From the IMG/VR virus record IMGVR_UViG_3300033994_001334, positions 1-64,000 of that record: 64,000 nt of DNA; one strand, given 5' to 3'. Made by a program: the position numbers and the translations under genes. Positions 45,026 to 55,014 of this stretch are shown here, in pieces. Source of the stretch: a virus. Its lineage: Duplodnaviria; Heunggongvirae; Uroviricota; Caudoviricetes. Under the pieces are notes generated by a model. It worked only from the letters and a program-made list of their open reading frames with translations, ran no database searches and was not told the origin of the DNA. The number at the start of each line of letters is the position of its first letter. Within the stretch, counting starts at the first letter, position 1.

Positions 45026-45559
45026 TTATTTTTTTATTCCGTAAAAATATAAATCATTAACGAAATAATCAACTTCAAAATGATATTCGGAAAACATTTC
45101 ATCTAAATTAAAATTTTCTCTATATTTTTGTTCATTTAGGTTTCCATAATAGTCATTAAGCACCGCAACTGCGGGAGCATCTTCAGGTCTGGATTTACTG
45201 GTTCCATGTTCACCTCTACCATCGTGAGCACAAGTAAACAATATTAAACCACCACTTTTTAATAACCTATACATGTTATCAAAGGATTCCTTCCAAAATT
45301 CATCATGTTCAAAACATTCTGTTGATATTGAAACATCAAATCTATCTTGGGTGTCATATTCGTGACCTCTACATACGAAATCTACGTTATTCCCTTCGAT
45401 TAAATCAACGCCAATATATTTATAATCACCTTCAAAAAGAAAATGATTTGTGCCGTTAACATCCAAAGAACCGACATCAAATATTAGAGTGTCTTTAAAG
45501 TAATTTGGGAATTTTTCTTTAACTTTTAAACAAAAGTTTTGTTGTTGTGGGTGTGCCAT
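45026..45559 (-). CDS. small methyltransferase-like protein
   Basis: LIFDVGSLDVNG…GVDL resembles SAM-binding motif I. Weak call. Confidence 0.4.
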   Translation of the reverse strand: MAHPQQQNFCLKVKEKFPNYFKDTLIFDVGSLDVNGTNHFLFEGDYKYIGVDLIEGNNVDFVCRGHEYDTQDRFDVSISTECFEHDEFWKESFDNMYRLLKSGGLILFTCAHDGRGEHGTSKSRPEDAPAVAVLNDYYGNLNEQKYRENFNLDEMFSEYHFEVDYFVNDLYFYGIKK

Positions 45560-45562
45560 ATA

Positions 45563-46510
45563 TTAATATAAATTTTTAGTAAAAAATGATGAGAATGATA
45601 TCTCTGTTTCTGGGTTAAATACTCCTTTTTCAATCCAATCTTCATGATAGAATGTATTAAAAGTCCAATTTTTAATGTTTTCTGGATACTTTGTGTTTAA
45701 ATAACACATAATCTCTTGTTCGGGTATTAAATAATCATCATTACTTAATATCTTTTCTATAAGTTCGTAACAAAATTCAACATATTTAGGGATTAAATTT
45801 GAGTTACCACCAAAAAAACCCGCAACAGGGTAGTTGATGTGACTTACCTCATTTAGTGTGTTTTGTAAGTCTAATTTTTCTAAAAATTGACCAAAATTAT
45901 AATGGGTACTTGTGTGACAAAGATTTATTAGTTTATTATCGTTAAATTCATTTACTCTTTTAACAAATTCAGGTGTAAATGCTTTAGTAAAATTATAATA
46001 TCTAAATTCCACTTCTGCTCCGTTTTCATTTGGAAATCCTTGGTCATAACCGTCTAAATCAGAGTACGGGTTGGTATTTTTTGCAAATAATCCAGGGTGA
46101 GAAAGACCACAGTCTATCCAATATAAATTAATATCTGGTTCAAATTCTAAATTCATAAAATGAAACTTCAACCAATAAATTTGTGGAGAAATATAAAATC
46201 TATAATCACTAAAATCTTTATACTGTGGAAATTTATCACTCGAAGCAATTTTATAAATTCTTTCTTGCCAAGGATTGTCACTTAATTTGAATATCTTTAT
46301 TTCTAAATTATTCAAATTGTGTGTATTCTTAATTTCTAAAAGTTGATTATATCCATAATCACCATCATCGGTATAACAAACAACTTGTTCGTTAACATTA
46401 CATATGGAAATTAAAGAATATTTATACCATCTTTCTCTATTTTTTTGTCCCCAAAATGGTTCACCAGAGTGATATGCATAATAGGACGTTACAAATTTAG
46501 TTTTCATCAT
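45563..46510 (-). CDS. hypothetical protein in the glycan locus
   Basis: 315-aa ORF. Confidence 0.45.
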   Translation of the reverse strand: MMKTKFVTSYYAYHSGEPFWGQKNRERWYKYSLISICNVNEQVVCYTDDGDYGYNQLLEIKNTHNLNNLEIKIFKLSDNPWQERIYKIASSDKFPQYKDFSDYRFYISPQIYWLKFHFMNLEFEPDINLYWIDCGLSHPGLFAKNTNPYSDLDGYDQGFPNENGAEVEFRYYNFTKAFTPEFVKRVNEFNDNKLINLCHTSTHYNFGQFLEKLDLQNTLNEVSHINYPVAGFFGGNSNLIPKYVEFCYELIEKILSNDDYLIPEQEIMCYLNTKYPENIKNWTFNTFYHEDWIEKGVFNPETEISFSSFFTKNLY

Positions 46511-46524
46511 TTTTATTTTTATTT

Positions 46525-47109
46525 TTATTTAGTTAAGATTAATACCCCCAAGCCATCTTTCCAACGTTCAATTACTATTTCATTTTTAAGAAAATCGGTC
46601 GTTATAATTTCTTTTGTGTTACTATAACCAGTTTGATTAGCTATGGATTTTAATTCGGGAATCCAAGATAAATTTACAATATCTTCAATAACCATTATTC
46701 CCCCGACCTTTAGTTTACTATAATAATTTTTAATTAAAAATTCAAATGATGTATATGTGTGAACACCATCATCAACTATTATATTAAAAAAATTATTGTC
46801 AAATAAATTTAACACTTCTTCACAGTAAGCGTCCGATACCCTTTGAGTTACATTTGGTATTGAGGATATCATTTCACAAAATTTTATATCTAAAGTGTGT
46901 ATTTGGGAATCGGGGTGAAAATAATCTTTCCACATTAGAATTGAATCTCCGTTTTGTACACCTATCTCAAGAAAATTTATCGGTGCATTTTTATATGAAT
47001 CAAATAACTCTGAATATAAATTATCAATATAACCTAATTCATATTTATCTGTTTTATATTTATCTCGATTTTCGAGATAAAGGTCTATTAGTTTTTTATT
47101 CATTTTCAA
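46525..47109 (-). CDS. class-I SAM methyltransferase (TylF/CmcI-like), paralogous to the middle domain of the 1031-aa protein
   Basis: FLEIGVQNGDS…IIVDDGVHT…GGIMVIEDI. Confidence 0.6.
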   Translation of the reverse strand: MKMNKKLIDLYLENRDKYKTDKYELGYIDNLYSELFDSYKNAPINFLEIGVQNGDSILMWKDYFHPDSQIHTLDIKFCEMISSIPNVTQRVSDAYCEEVLNLFDNNFFNIIVDDGVHTYTSFEFLIKNYYSKLKVGGIMVIEDIVNLSWIPELKSIANQTGYSNTKEIITTDFLKNEIVIERWKDGLGVLILTK

Positions 47110-48070
47110 TTATTTTTATTATGTTATTTAATCTGGTTAAAGGGTGTAAATTTTCCTCATAGTATTTTCTTGAATTTTTAGAAATAAAATTTAAAAATTC
47201 TAAATCATCTTTTACTTCTAAAAATCTTTTCAAATATAAATTTGAATATTCTTCACCTCCATATCTTTCTTCATCTATTTCTCCAATTCTTTCTATAGAT
47301 ATGTAATGATAATTTGGTATTAATTCCGGATTCCACTTTGTTAAATATTCAAATTTAATAAAAGGTAAACCTATCGCCATATATTCCACATCTCTATGAC
47401 AAAGTTCACCAATGCCCGGAATCGATAAACCAATCTTGTATTCGGTTAATGAATTAAAATATTGATATTGAGATAAGTATTCTGGCCCGTCAAAATATTC
47501 ATTACCTACCATAAATTTTACGGAATTTCTTGGCATAGAATCGACGTTACCTCTAAATACCATTTTGTCTTTAAAATCTTTTCGTGATAATCTTTTTAAG
47601 TAGTAATTATCAAATGACGAATATATTGTCGATTCGGGTAAATAATTTGCCGGTATAAATTTAAATTTCTCATTTCTTTCTTTATGAAATCTAAGTAGAG
47701 TAGAACCATTTTGTGCGAGAATAAGTAAATCATTTGGGTTATCTCTATGACGTAATAGACCACTTAATAAAGAATCTGTATCACAAAAACAAATTCCCTT
47801 TATTACGTCAATATCTTCATAATGGATTAATAATTGACAATCAAGGATAGTTATTTCAAAATGACCAATTTTAATAAATTGGTCATTTACTACATACTGT
47901 ATATTATATCCATAATTTTTATTTAAGAACAACGCAATTGTATGAAGATAATATTGAAAATCTTTCCCTATATTATCTTGACAATAAATTGTTGGTTTAT
48001 TTAAATCCGGCATATGTCTAATATAAATATTTTTTTTAATTAAATCAATCTTTTTTGAAATATTCCCCAA
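47096..48070 (-). CDS. hypothetical protein (glycan locus)
   Basis: 324-aa ORF. Confidence 0.45.
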   Translation of the reverse strand: MGNISKKIDLIKKNIYIRHMPDLNKPTIYCQDNIGKDFQYYLHTIALFLNKNYGYNIQYVVNDQFIKIGHFEITILDCQLLIHYEDIDVIKGICFCDTDSLLSGLLRHRDNPNDLLILAQNGSTLLRFHKERNEKFKFIPANYLPESTIYSSFDNYYLKRLSRKDFKDKMVFRGNVDSMPRNSVKFMVGNEYFDGPEYLSQYQYFNSLTEYKIGLSIPGIGELCHRDVEYMAIGLPFIKFEYLTKWNPELIPNYHYISIERIGEIDEERYGGEEYSNLYLKRFLEVKDDLEFLNFISKNSRKYYEENLHPLTRLNNIIKIIENE

Positions 48071-48740
48071 TTATAAATTTAGTATTAGTGTTAATTGTGG
48101 GTTTATCACTTGGTATAAATTTTTTAGAATCAACTAATCTAAAATCAATTGATACTCTTGTTGATTCGGATATATTTTCTTTGTTTCCGTGCATAAGATT
48201 TGCACCACTAAAAACTAAAATTTCGCCATATTTTACTAAATATGGTTTAAAGTCACCTCTATTTTCCTTACTCTCAATCCAAACGGAATTATATTCATTT
48301 GTATCGGTAAATGGTAACCAAAAATTCACTTCAGACACTCCGTGGTTATATGACTTATCTTTATGCCATTCTCCAACAGCTAAATTACCATTATTTAATT
48401 GTACTCTGAATGTTGGGATTTTTTGATATATTAATTCATCATATTCAAAAATGTCCTTTATTTCTTTTATTAATGAAAGATATGTTGGATAAAATTTTTC
48501 ATTAAAATTGGCGTAGTATTTTTTATGCCAAATTGTTGATTGGTCATTTTCGCGAATTAATTTATCGTAATGTTTTATTGTGTGTAATTTTTCTAAATCA
48601 ACGTCTATTTCCAAAATGTTATGGATTATCTCTTTGAATTGAAATTTCTTCGTGTCATAACTTATTTTATAAGGAACCGGTAAATACATATTTGTACAAT
48701 TTTTTTTTATTTTAATTTTATTTCTACTCTTTCGGCCCAA
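48045..48740 (-). CDS. cupin / 2OG-Fe(II)-oxygenase-like protein
   Basis: WHKDKS (HxD) and …LMHGN downstream His. Weak call. Confidence 0.4.
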   Translation of the reverse strand: MGRKSRNKIKIKKNCTNMYLPVPYKISYDTKKFQFKEIIHNILEIDVDLEKLHTIKHYDKLIRENDQSTIWHKKYYANFNEKFYPTYLSLIKEIKDIFEYDELIYQKIPTFRVQLNNGNLAVGEWHKDKSYNHGVSEVNFWLPFTDTNEYNSVWIESKENRGDFKPYLVKYGEILVFSGANLMHGNKENISESTRVSIDFRLVDSKKFIPSDKPTINTNTKFIIGEYFKKD

Positions 48741-49969
48741 CCTCTTTCAGGTGAATGAGCCCAATATACTACCCTCGATGGTTCTACATCAGTTAAGAAC
48801 ATTTCCTCGTAGTGTATCGGTCCGTCATTATTAAGGAATTTTTGTAAATCGTGACCATTAATTATTTTACTGTAAATACCCACACCATTTTCATCATCGT
48901 ATGCGATTAAAATACTATCATAGTCATTAGCATGTAAATCGTGTCTATTAACGGTTACCAAATAATAATATGAACGAACAAATGAGTTCTCCCACTCTTC
49001 TTCAGTTTCAAATTGAGGATTAGGTGGGAATTTATTATCTATTGTATGTTTTTGAAATGATTTCTTTTTAAAATGAATTCCCGCATATTTTTCGTAATCT
49101 CTAACGGTTCTCACTTTACCGACATCATAACCAGTTAAATCGTGACCACCATCTTCGACACCAATTAGTTGTCTTATTCTTGAACGACCAATATCTTGCT
49201 GTTTATGCCACATACTTTCACCCCTTTTATGTTGGTCATCCCAAACCAACATACCACTTCTTTCTTCTCTCATTGTTGCGTGCCATATAATAACTCTATG
49301 TGGGTGGAACAAATCATATCCGTGGGTAAAAGACCTAACAGATAAATTTAACTCTTCACCACTAAAGAAAATATTTGGGTCATGTTTCACATCCTTAGCC
49401 CATTTATTGGGTCCGAAAGCAAAATGACCACTAAGGAATCTTGCGGGATACGGTTTCGTTAATTCTCTCCAATTTGGAATACCCGTTGGTCTAATAAAAA
49501 TAGTACCATGTGGGTAAAAACTTGCCGCTTCCGATAACCATGGCTCCATGACTCTCTTTTCAGGGTCATTGTATGGGTCGTAATATGGTAAATAACCACA
49601 GATTAATGGGTTGTAACCATCACCTTTTAAATCATAATACCATTTAATTAATGTTGAATCCCAATCCTTATCAAATCTATGATGTGAATCTAATTGAACA
49701 ACAAATTCTTCGTCTTCCAATAATTCATCGTTTATTATCCCTCTAGCGTACGCTAAACCTTTGGCTTCCAAATAATGAATATCTTTTATTTTAAACCTCG
49801 GGTCATTTCTAAATTCGTCAACATTATCAAATCCATCATCTGGATTAAATTGTCTACAAATACCGAAATGTATTCTTTCGGGAAACTGTGCATTTTCTAA
49901 AGCACTTTTAATTGTTGGGATTAATTCCGGTTCTCTATATGCCGGTAAGTGTACTAATATTCTATCCAT
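48707..49969 (-). CDS. GT-A-fold glycosyltransferase, GlcNAc-transferase-like (DxH motif QLDSHHRF)
   Basis: DSH motif as in GT27/GT60-type enzymes. Paralog of the next gene. Confidence 0.5.
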   Translation of the reverse strand: MDRILVHLPAYREPELIPTIKSALENAQFPERIHFGICRQFNPDDGFDNVDEFRNDPRFKIKDIHYLEAKGLAYARGIINDELLEDEEFVVQLDSHHRFDKDWDSTLIKWYYDLKGDGYNPLICGYLPYYDPYNDPEKRVMEPWLSEAASFYPHGTIFIRPTGIPNWRELTKPYPARFLSGHFAFGPNKWAKDVKHDPNIFFSGEELNLSVRSFTHGYDLFHPHRVIIWHATMREERSGMLVWDDQHKRGESMWHKQQDIGRSRIRQLIGVEDGGHDLTGYDVGKVRTVRDYEKYAGIHFKKKSFQKHTIDNKFPPNPQFETEEEWENSFVRSYYYLVTVNRHDLHANDYDSILIAYDDENGVGIYSKIINGHDLQKFLNNDGPIHYEEMFLTDVEPSRVVYWAHSPERGWAERVEIKLK

Positions 49970-49983
49970 GTTAATATATTTTT

Positions 49984-51240
49984 TTAAATGTTTCCTTCAA
50001 TTCTATCACACCATCCATTTTTTTCTGAGTGTGGCCATACTATCCATTTTCGAGGTCTGTCTACGGTTTCGAATGTTCTCCAAACTTTACAATACCCATC
50101 AGGGTCATTCTTCATCATTTTTATTTCGTTAATATCAGCGTCTCTTCTATAAAGTTCATTACCATTTTCGTCTTCAAATATTACCGCCCAAAAAGTGTAA
50201 TCATCATATGGTACTTGGTGATAACCCACATCAATACAATGTTTAAAAACCAATGAAAATGAATTCTCATATTCAATTGGGTCTGATATAATTGGATTTG
50301 GTGCTAAATTATTATTTAAAGTATATTGTTGAACCCCTCTCTTTTTAAAAGAAATTCCGGCATATTTTTCATATTGTTCCAATGTTCTTACTTTACCAAG
50401 ACCATATATTCCAAAATCAATTTCTTTACCATCATCCTCCATCCCAAATAATTTTCTATTTTTATAGTGACAATAGTTGTTTCTTCTCACCCAATCAGGG
50501 TCGTCATCCCATTGTTTAATAGAACCTTTTCTTGTATAATAATGCCAAACCAATACTCTATGTAAATGGAATAAATCATATCCGTGTGTAAATGCTCTCA
50601 CAGCAATTGATATTTCTTCACCGTGAAAATAAAATTCAGGGTCATGTTGAACTTCTTTTGCAAATTGACCTAAAGTGAATGCAAAATGTGCCGAATAAAA
50701 TCTAGCGTGAACAGGTTCAGTTCTTTCTCTAAAATCGTCAATTGACGCAGGTAGAAAGAACACAACACCTTCAGGACTGAATCTATCAAAATTCATTTTC
50801 CATGGTATATCTAATCTTTGTGCTGGGTCATTATCAGGTTCGTAAGATGGAATATATCCGGTAATTAAAGGTTTTGGGTAACCCTTATCTTGTAGTTTTT
50901 TAAGTTCGTTTATCAATTCATCATCCCAATTAGAGACGAATCTGTGATGAGAATCCAATTGAAGAGTGTACTTCTCACCCCCATATTGTTGTTGTAGCAT
51001 GTTACGAGACCAACAAGCACCTTTCGATGTTTTATAGTCAATGTCAATGATTTTAAATCTAGGGTCACACCTATATTCATCTAAATTATCCCACTCATCA
51101 TCTTTAGAGTGTTGCCAAGCAATTGAAAATACCAAATTTTCAGGGTATTTTGCATTCTCGATACAGTTTTTTAAGGTGGGAATTAATTGTTTATCTCGAT
51201 AAGATGCAATTTGAATAAATATTTTTTCGTTTTCACTCAT
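49984..51240 (-). CDS. GT-A-fold glycosyltransferase paralog (QLDSHHRF)
   Basis: Roughly 40% identical by eye to 48707-49969 (…DPRFKI…QLDSHHRF…FTHGYDLFH…). Confidence 0.5.
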   Translation of the reverse strand: MSENEKIFIQIASYRDKQLIPTLKNCIENAKYPENLVFSIAWQHSKDDEWDNLDEYRCDPRFKIIDIDYKTSKGACWSRNMLQQQYGGEKYTLQLDSHHRFVSNWDDELINELKKLQDKGYPKPLITGYIPSYEPDNDPAQRLDIPWKMNFDRFSPEGVVFFLPASIDDFRERTEPVHARFYSAHFAFTLGQFAKEVQHDPEFYFHGEEISIAVRAFTHGYDLFHLHRVLVWHYYTRKGSIKQWDDDPDWVRRNNYCHYKNRKLFGMEDDGKEIDFGIYGLGKVRTLEQYEKYAGISFKKRGVQQYTLNNNLAPNPIISDPIEYENSFSLVFKHCIDVGYHQVPYDDYTFWAVIFEDENGNELYRRDADINEIKMMKNDPDGYCKVWRTFETVDRPRKWIVWPHSEKNGWCDRIEGNI

Positions 51241-51344
51241 TACTGTTGTATTTTTAACAATAATACCAATTTACACCTATATTGTCAAGTATAGTTTGAC
51301 TTTTAAATTTTTTTTGCTTATATTTTAAGTATTAAAAAATCGAT

Positions 51345-51719
51345 ATGGATAGAAAATATCAACCAGTGGTTTTAGACCATGCAGGTGTGATTATTGGAAT
51401 GCTTAGAGAAACAAATTTTTTTGTTGATTATGAATTGGAGAGTGAAGATTTTGCAACGGAGTACATGTGTGGAAAATTAACTGAAAAATTTATCCAAGGT
51501 GAATTGAATGGTGAATTTGACATTGAGGTTTTTTCAGAAGATGAAATGGAAAAATTTCTCAGAGAGATTGTTGCCGGTAGTATATTAATGGAACTACAGG
51601 AAAAAGGAATAATTGATTCTATTGAAGATGAAAACAACGAAGAACGTTTTTTCCTTACTGATTTGGGTAAAAATCTAGCTGACGATATAAAGAAACATTT
51701 AGAAACCGAAGAAGAATAA
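51345..51719 (+). CDS. acidic hypothetical protein
   Basis: 124-aa ORF. Confidence 0.4.
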   Translation: MDRKYQPVVLDHAGVIIGMLRETNFFVDYELESEDFATEYMCGKLTEKFIQGELNGEFDIEVFSEDEMEKFLREIVAGSILMELQEKGIIDSIEDENNEERFFLTDLGKNLADDIKKHLETEEE

Positions 51720-52049
51720 TTATTTTTTCTTTTCGTCCACTTGTTGTTGATATGTGGATTTTTTGTGCTCTTTAACTTTATTTTTAAGTTGTTTCAACGT
51801 ATTGTGAGCACCATACAAACTGGAACTTATTGATTTTAATCGGTTACCCGATAAAGTCTTCAATCCATCGGGAATAGAATCCTCAACTTTACGAAGTTCC
51901 TTAATGGTTTCCACTAATTGATTTTCAAGTTCTTCCATTTTAAATTGAACTTTACTGTAATCATTTCTATTAACCTTAGAAGTTTCTTCTTTAAGGATAT
52001 TTTTAATTACATTACGCACTATTTCTTCGTTTATTGTTATATTACCCAT
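51720..52049 (-). CDS. coiled-coil hypothetical protein
   Basis: 109-aa ORF. Confidence 0.4.
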   Translation of the reverse strand: MGNITINEEIVRNVIKNILKEETSKVNRNDYSKVQFKMEELENQLVETIKELRKVEDSIPDGLKTLSGNRLKSISSSLYGAHNTLKQLKNKVKEHKKSTYQQQVDEKKK

Positions 52050-52063
52050 AAATTCCTAATATT

Positions 52064-52297
52064 TTATTCTACTCTAAAATCTTTATCTTCTTGGTTTGAA
52101 ATTTGTTTGTCTCTTTTCATACCATCCTTAATGTATGTTCTAATAAGTTTAGATACACTCATTTTCTTTTTAGTAGCAACCTTTTCAATTTCTCGAAAAT
52201 AAGCGGGAACAACTCTAAATGACAACATTCGTACAAGTTGTTTCGATTTTGGGGTTTGTGATGAAGATGACTCTTCGTTAAAATTGTTAACTTCCAT
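52064..52297 (-). CDS. ribbon-helix-helix (CopG/Arc-like) DNA-binding protein (start re-called at MEVNNF)
   Basis: RMLSFRVVPAYFREIEKVATKKKMSVSKLIRTYI fits the RHH β-α-α pattern. Confidence 0.45.
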   Translation of the reverse strand: MEVNNFNEESSSSQTPKSKQLVRMLSFRVVPAYFREIEKVATKKKMSVSKLIRTYIKDGMKRDKQISNQEDKDFRVE

Positions 52298-52371
52298 GGT
52301 GGACTTTTTTTTATAAATATTTGGTGTAATGAAAATAATTTCGTATACTTTGTATATAAATAAATATCCAA

Positions 52372-52734
52372 ATGGCAGACGAAAAACAACCAACAGTAAA
52401 TCCGGTCGTAAAACAGGTCGAAGAACAGTATCCTGAAATGACCAAAGAGTTTAAAAGAATCATGAGGGAACAATATGAACTGTTTTGTAAAAAACAATCA
52501 AATTACGGTCCCGATAACATTTCTTTAGGTAGAGATTTGATTAAAGATGAAGATAAAAAATTATCACAAATGGGTTTATTCTTCAGAATGAATGATAAAA
52601 TCCAAAGAATCAAACAATTAGTTGTTATTGGTACAGATGACAACGTTGGTGAGGCGGTTGAAGACACCTATAAAGATTTATCCGTATATGGTATTATCGC
52701 TCAGTTGGTAAGAAGTGGTAAATGGGGTAAATAA
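52372..52734 (+). CDS. hypothetical protein
   Basis: 120-aa ORF. Confidence 0.4.
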   Translation: MADEKQPTVNPVVKQVEEQYPEMTKEFKRIMREQYELFCKKQSNYGPDNISLGRDLIKDEDKKLSQMGLFFRMNDKIQRIKQLVVIGTDDNVGEAVEDTYKDLSVYGIIAQLVRSGKWGK

Positions 52735-52834
52735 CCACCATTTATAAGATTTTAACGAAAAGGGGGACAATCTTCCCCTTTTTTTGTTCACTAAAACGAG
52801 ATATAAAATATTTATCTAAAAACGAAGAGGTCAT

Positions 52835-53200
52835 ATGAATATTAATACAAATCACCCAACATTTGTTTCTTTTATTGAAAATGTAAACAAAAATATATTA
52901 TCAAATATAACCCCTGAGAAGTATTTCCAACTAACAAACGAGAAAAAGTTAGCGTTTCAATACTTGGTTATGAAATTAATCCTTAAATCGGTTAGGGTTA
53001 GAGCAAAATTAACCGATAGTGAACTATTAGACTTTGCAAAAATTCTACAAAAGAAGAATGAAGGAATGGAAAACTACGAATTTGCATCAGTATTAAACGA
53101 CATCACAGTAAATTTTGATTCTTTATGTGAGATGACAAAAAACACACCAGCAATAAGGAAAAAAAGACCAATTAAGACAGATAAATCTAAAGATGCCTAA
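52835..53200 (+). CDS. hypothetical protein
   Basis: 121-aa ORF. Confidence 0.4.
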   Translation: MNINTNHPTFVSFIENVNKNILSNITPEKYFQLTNEKKLAFQYLVMKLILKSVRVRAKLTDSELLDFAKILQKKNEGMENYEFASVLNDITVNFDSLCEMTKNTPAIRKKRPIKTDKSKDA

Positions 53201-53600
53201 ATGTGTTGTTGATAGCGAAATAAAAGTTACGTACACCAAAATGGCATTAAAATGGTGTAAGGAAAACATTGGTATCAATGATAGAAAAAGAACGGAACTT
53301 AAATTAGATATTCGTCACACAGAAAGAAAAAAAGGTAAGTATGTTTTATATGGTAGTTACTGTTTTTATAGAAACAGAATAGTAATATATATACCAAATT
53401 GTTTGAGTCTTTATGATGTGGTCGGGACGGTCATTCATGAATATACTCATTATTTACAATCCAGAACAAAATATGAAATGTATGAGAAATCACATTACTA
53501 TTCGACTAACCCGTTTGAAAGACAAGCAAAAAGAAATGAACTTAAACATACTAAAGTATGTTTAAAAGAAATAAAAAAATTATTGAGGACTATTAACTAA
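53193..53600 (+). CDS. HExxH (HEYTH) metallopeptidase-like small protein
   Basis: VIHEYTHYLQS motif. 135 aa. Confidence 0.4.
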   Translation: MPKCVVDSEIKVTYTKMALKWCKENIGINDRKRTELKLDIRHTERKKGKYVLYGSYCFYRNRIVIYIPNCLSLYDVVGTVIHEYTHYLQSRTKYEMYEKSHYYSTNPFERQAKRNELKHTKVCLKEIKKLLRTIN

Positions 53601-53807
53601 ATCCTCAATAATTTCCGCTTCTTGTATTTCATTTAAAAATAATAAATAAACCTCACCAACGGGGTTTTTTTGTTTTAGTACTATGTCACATTCCCATAAT
53701 AACTTCAAATCATTTATTTTTTCCGGTTTAATGTGACTTTCCTTTACTTTATCGTATACTAAATAAAGTTTATCTTGATATCTTATTAATTCTTTACAAA
53801 GAGACAT
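53580..53807 (-). CDS. hypothetical small protein
   Basis: 75-aa ORF. Confidence 0.35.
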   Translation of the reverse strand: MSLCKELIRYQDKLYLVYDKVKESHIKPEKINDLKLLWECDIVLKQKNPVGEVYLLFLNEIQEAEIIEDLVNSPQ

Positions 53808-53808
53808 A

Positions 53809-54420
53809 TTAATGTTTTATACATTTTATTTCGTAACTCGGCCATTTATTGGTCGGTTTAATATTTTGAAATTTATAACATTTCCAAACACCGGTTTTAT
53901 GAAAATGAATGTGCTTTACTAAATAAGAAGGTATTGTTGCACCTGATGGTAAAACTTTAGAGTCATTATCGAATAATAATTCAATTTTTACCATTAAAGG
54001 TTCTTTATCGTCCCATACTCTTTCCTGTTCTTCTAATAATCTCCATTCACCTCTGTTTAAGTCTTGTTGTTGTAATGCGCAGTTCAAATAACTAAATGTT
54101 TGTTTAAGATTTTCCATGTTATCAGAAAATGATGCCGCTGGCGCTAAATGACCCTTATCCCACTCATTATTTTTGTAGTCTTGAGGACCTGAAGTAATAA
54201 TCTTAGGTTCTAAGTAAAAATCCATAGAACCCCTGTTAACATTTGTTGGTCTATTAATGGACTCGTACTTTAACATTAATGGTTGTTTTAGTTTTTGGGA
54301 GTACTCCACTTCAAATACTTTGTTTTTTATAACCACAACATCCTTATCGGGTGTGATGAATGAATTAAATAGTAATCCAAAAAATAGTGCAATTACACTA
54401 AACGTTAAAAATTTTTTCAT
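53809..54420 (-). CDS. secreted DNA/RNA non-specific endonuclease (NucA/Serratia-nuclease family)
   Basis: Signal peptide. Active-site motif DKGHLAPAA (compare DRGH). Downstream …N.G.W..LE. Confidence 0.65.
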   Translation of the reverse strand: MKKFLTFSVIALFFGLLFNSFITPDKDVVVIKNKVFEVEYSQKLKQPLMLKYESINRPTNVNRGSMDFYLEPKIITSGPQDYKNNEWDKGHLAPAASFSDNMENLKQTFSYLNCALQQQDLNRGEWRLLEEQERVWDDKEPLMVKIELLFDNDSKVLPSGATIPSYLVKHIHFHKTGVWKCYKFQNIKPTNKWPSYEIKCIKH

Positions 54421-54971
54421 AGTTTGTTTGTTTTTATATAATTAAATATATCAACAGCTGTATTTGAACAAACAGGAAACTCAATAAATGGTATATCGTG
54501 TATAAGTAGTTTATCTTTAATTGATTCATCAATTTCTTTAGATTCTTTAAGATTTTGAAACCTACCATTTTCGTTGTATGTGGTGTCATCTCTTTTTAGT
54601 AAAACATTTAAACTATTGTATTTCTTGAATAGTCTTAAAATAAAGAAATCAAAACTATTATCATAAAATGATGCTGGGTATTCGGGTTCATCATTATATA
54701 AGTCTTTATAGACCATACCTAAAATAATCGGTGAATCAACTATTATGTATTTTACTTTACCATATAATCTACTAATATTACGATGTTGATTTGCGGTGAT
54801 ATAAAATTGGTCTTTGATTGCTGAGTGATTTTCCTCCCAAGCAATTATTTTTGGAAATTCAAAAGTTAACTCAACATCCATGTGGTTTTTTTTCATTAAA
54901 GTAAAAAGTTCCGCACTTTGAGTTGATTTACCTATTCCAGGTCCACCAAAAAGATTAATAATTATACTCAT
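54417..54971 (-). CDS. P-loop nucleotide/NMP kinase-like protein
   Basis: N-terminal GGPGIGKST Walker A. 184 aa. 4-nt overlap with the nuclease gene. Confidence 0.5.
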   Translation of the reverse strand: MSIIINLFGGPGIGKSTQSAELFTLMKKNHMDVELTFEFPKIIAWEENHSAIKDQFYITANQHRNISRLYGKVKYIIVDSPIILGMVYKDLYNDEPEYPASFYDNSFDFFILRLFKKYNSLNVLLKRDDTTYNENGRFQNLKESKEIDESIKDKLLIHDIPFIEFPVCSNTAVDIFNYIKTNKL

Positions 54972-55014
54972 GGGTAAAAATATACGATTTTTTTTTGACT
55001 AAACCAACAAGAAA

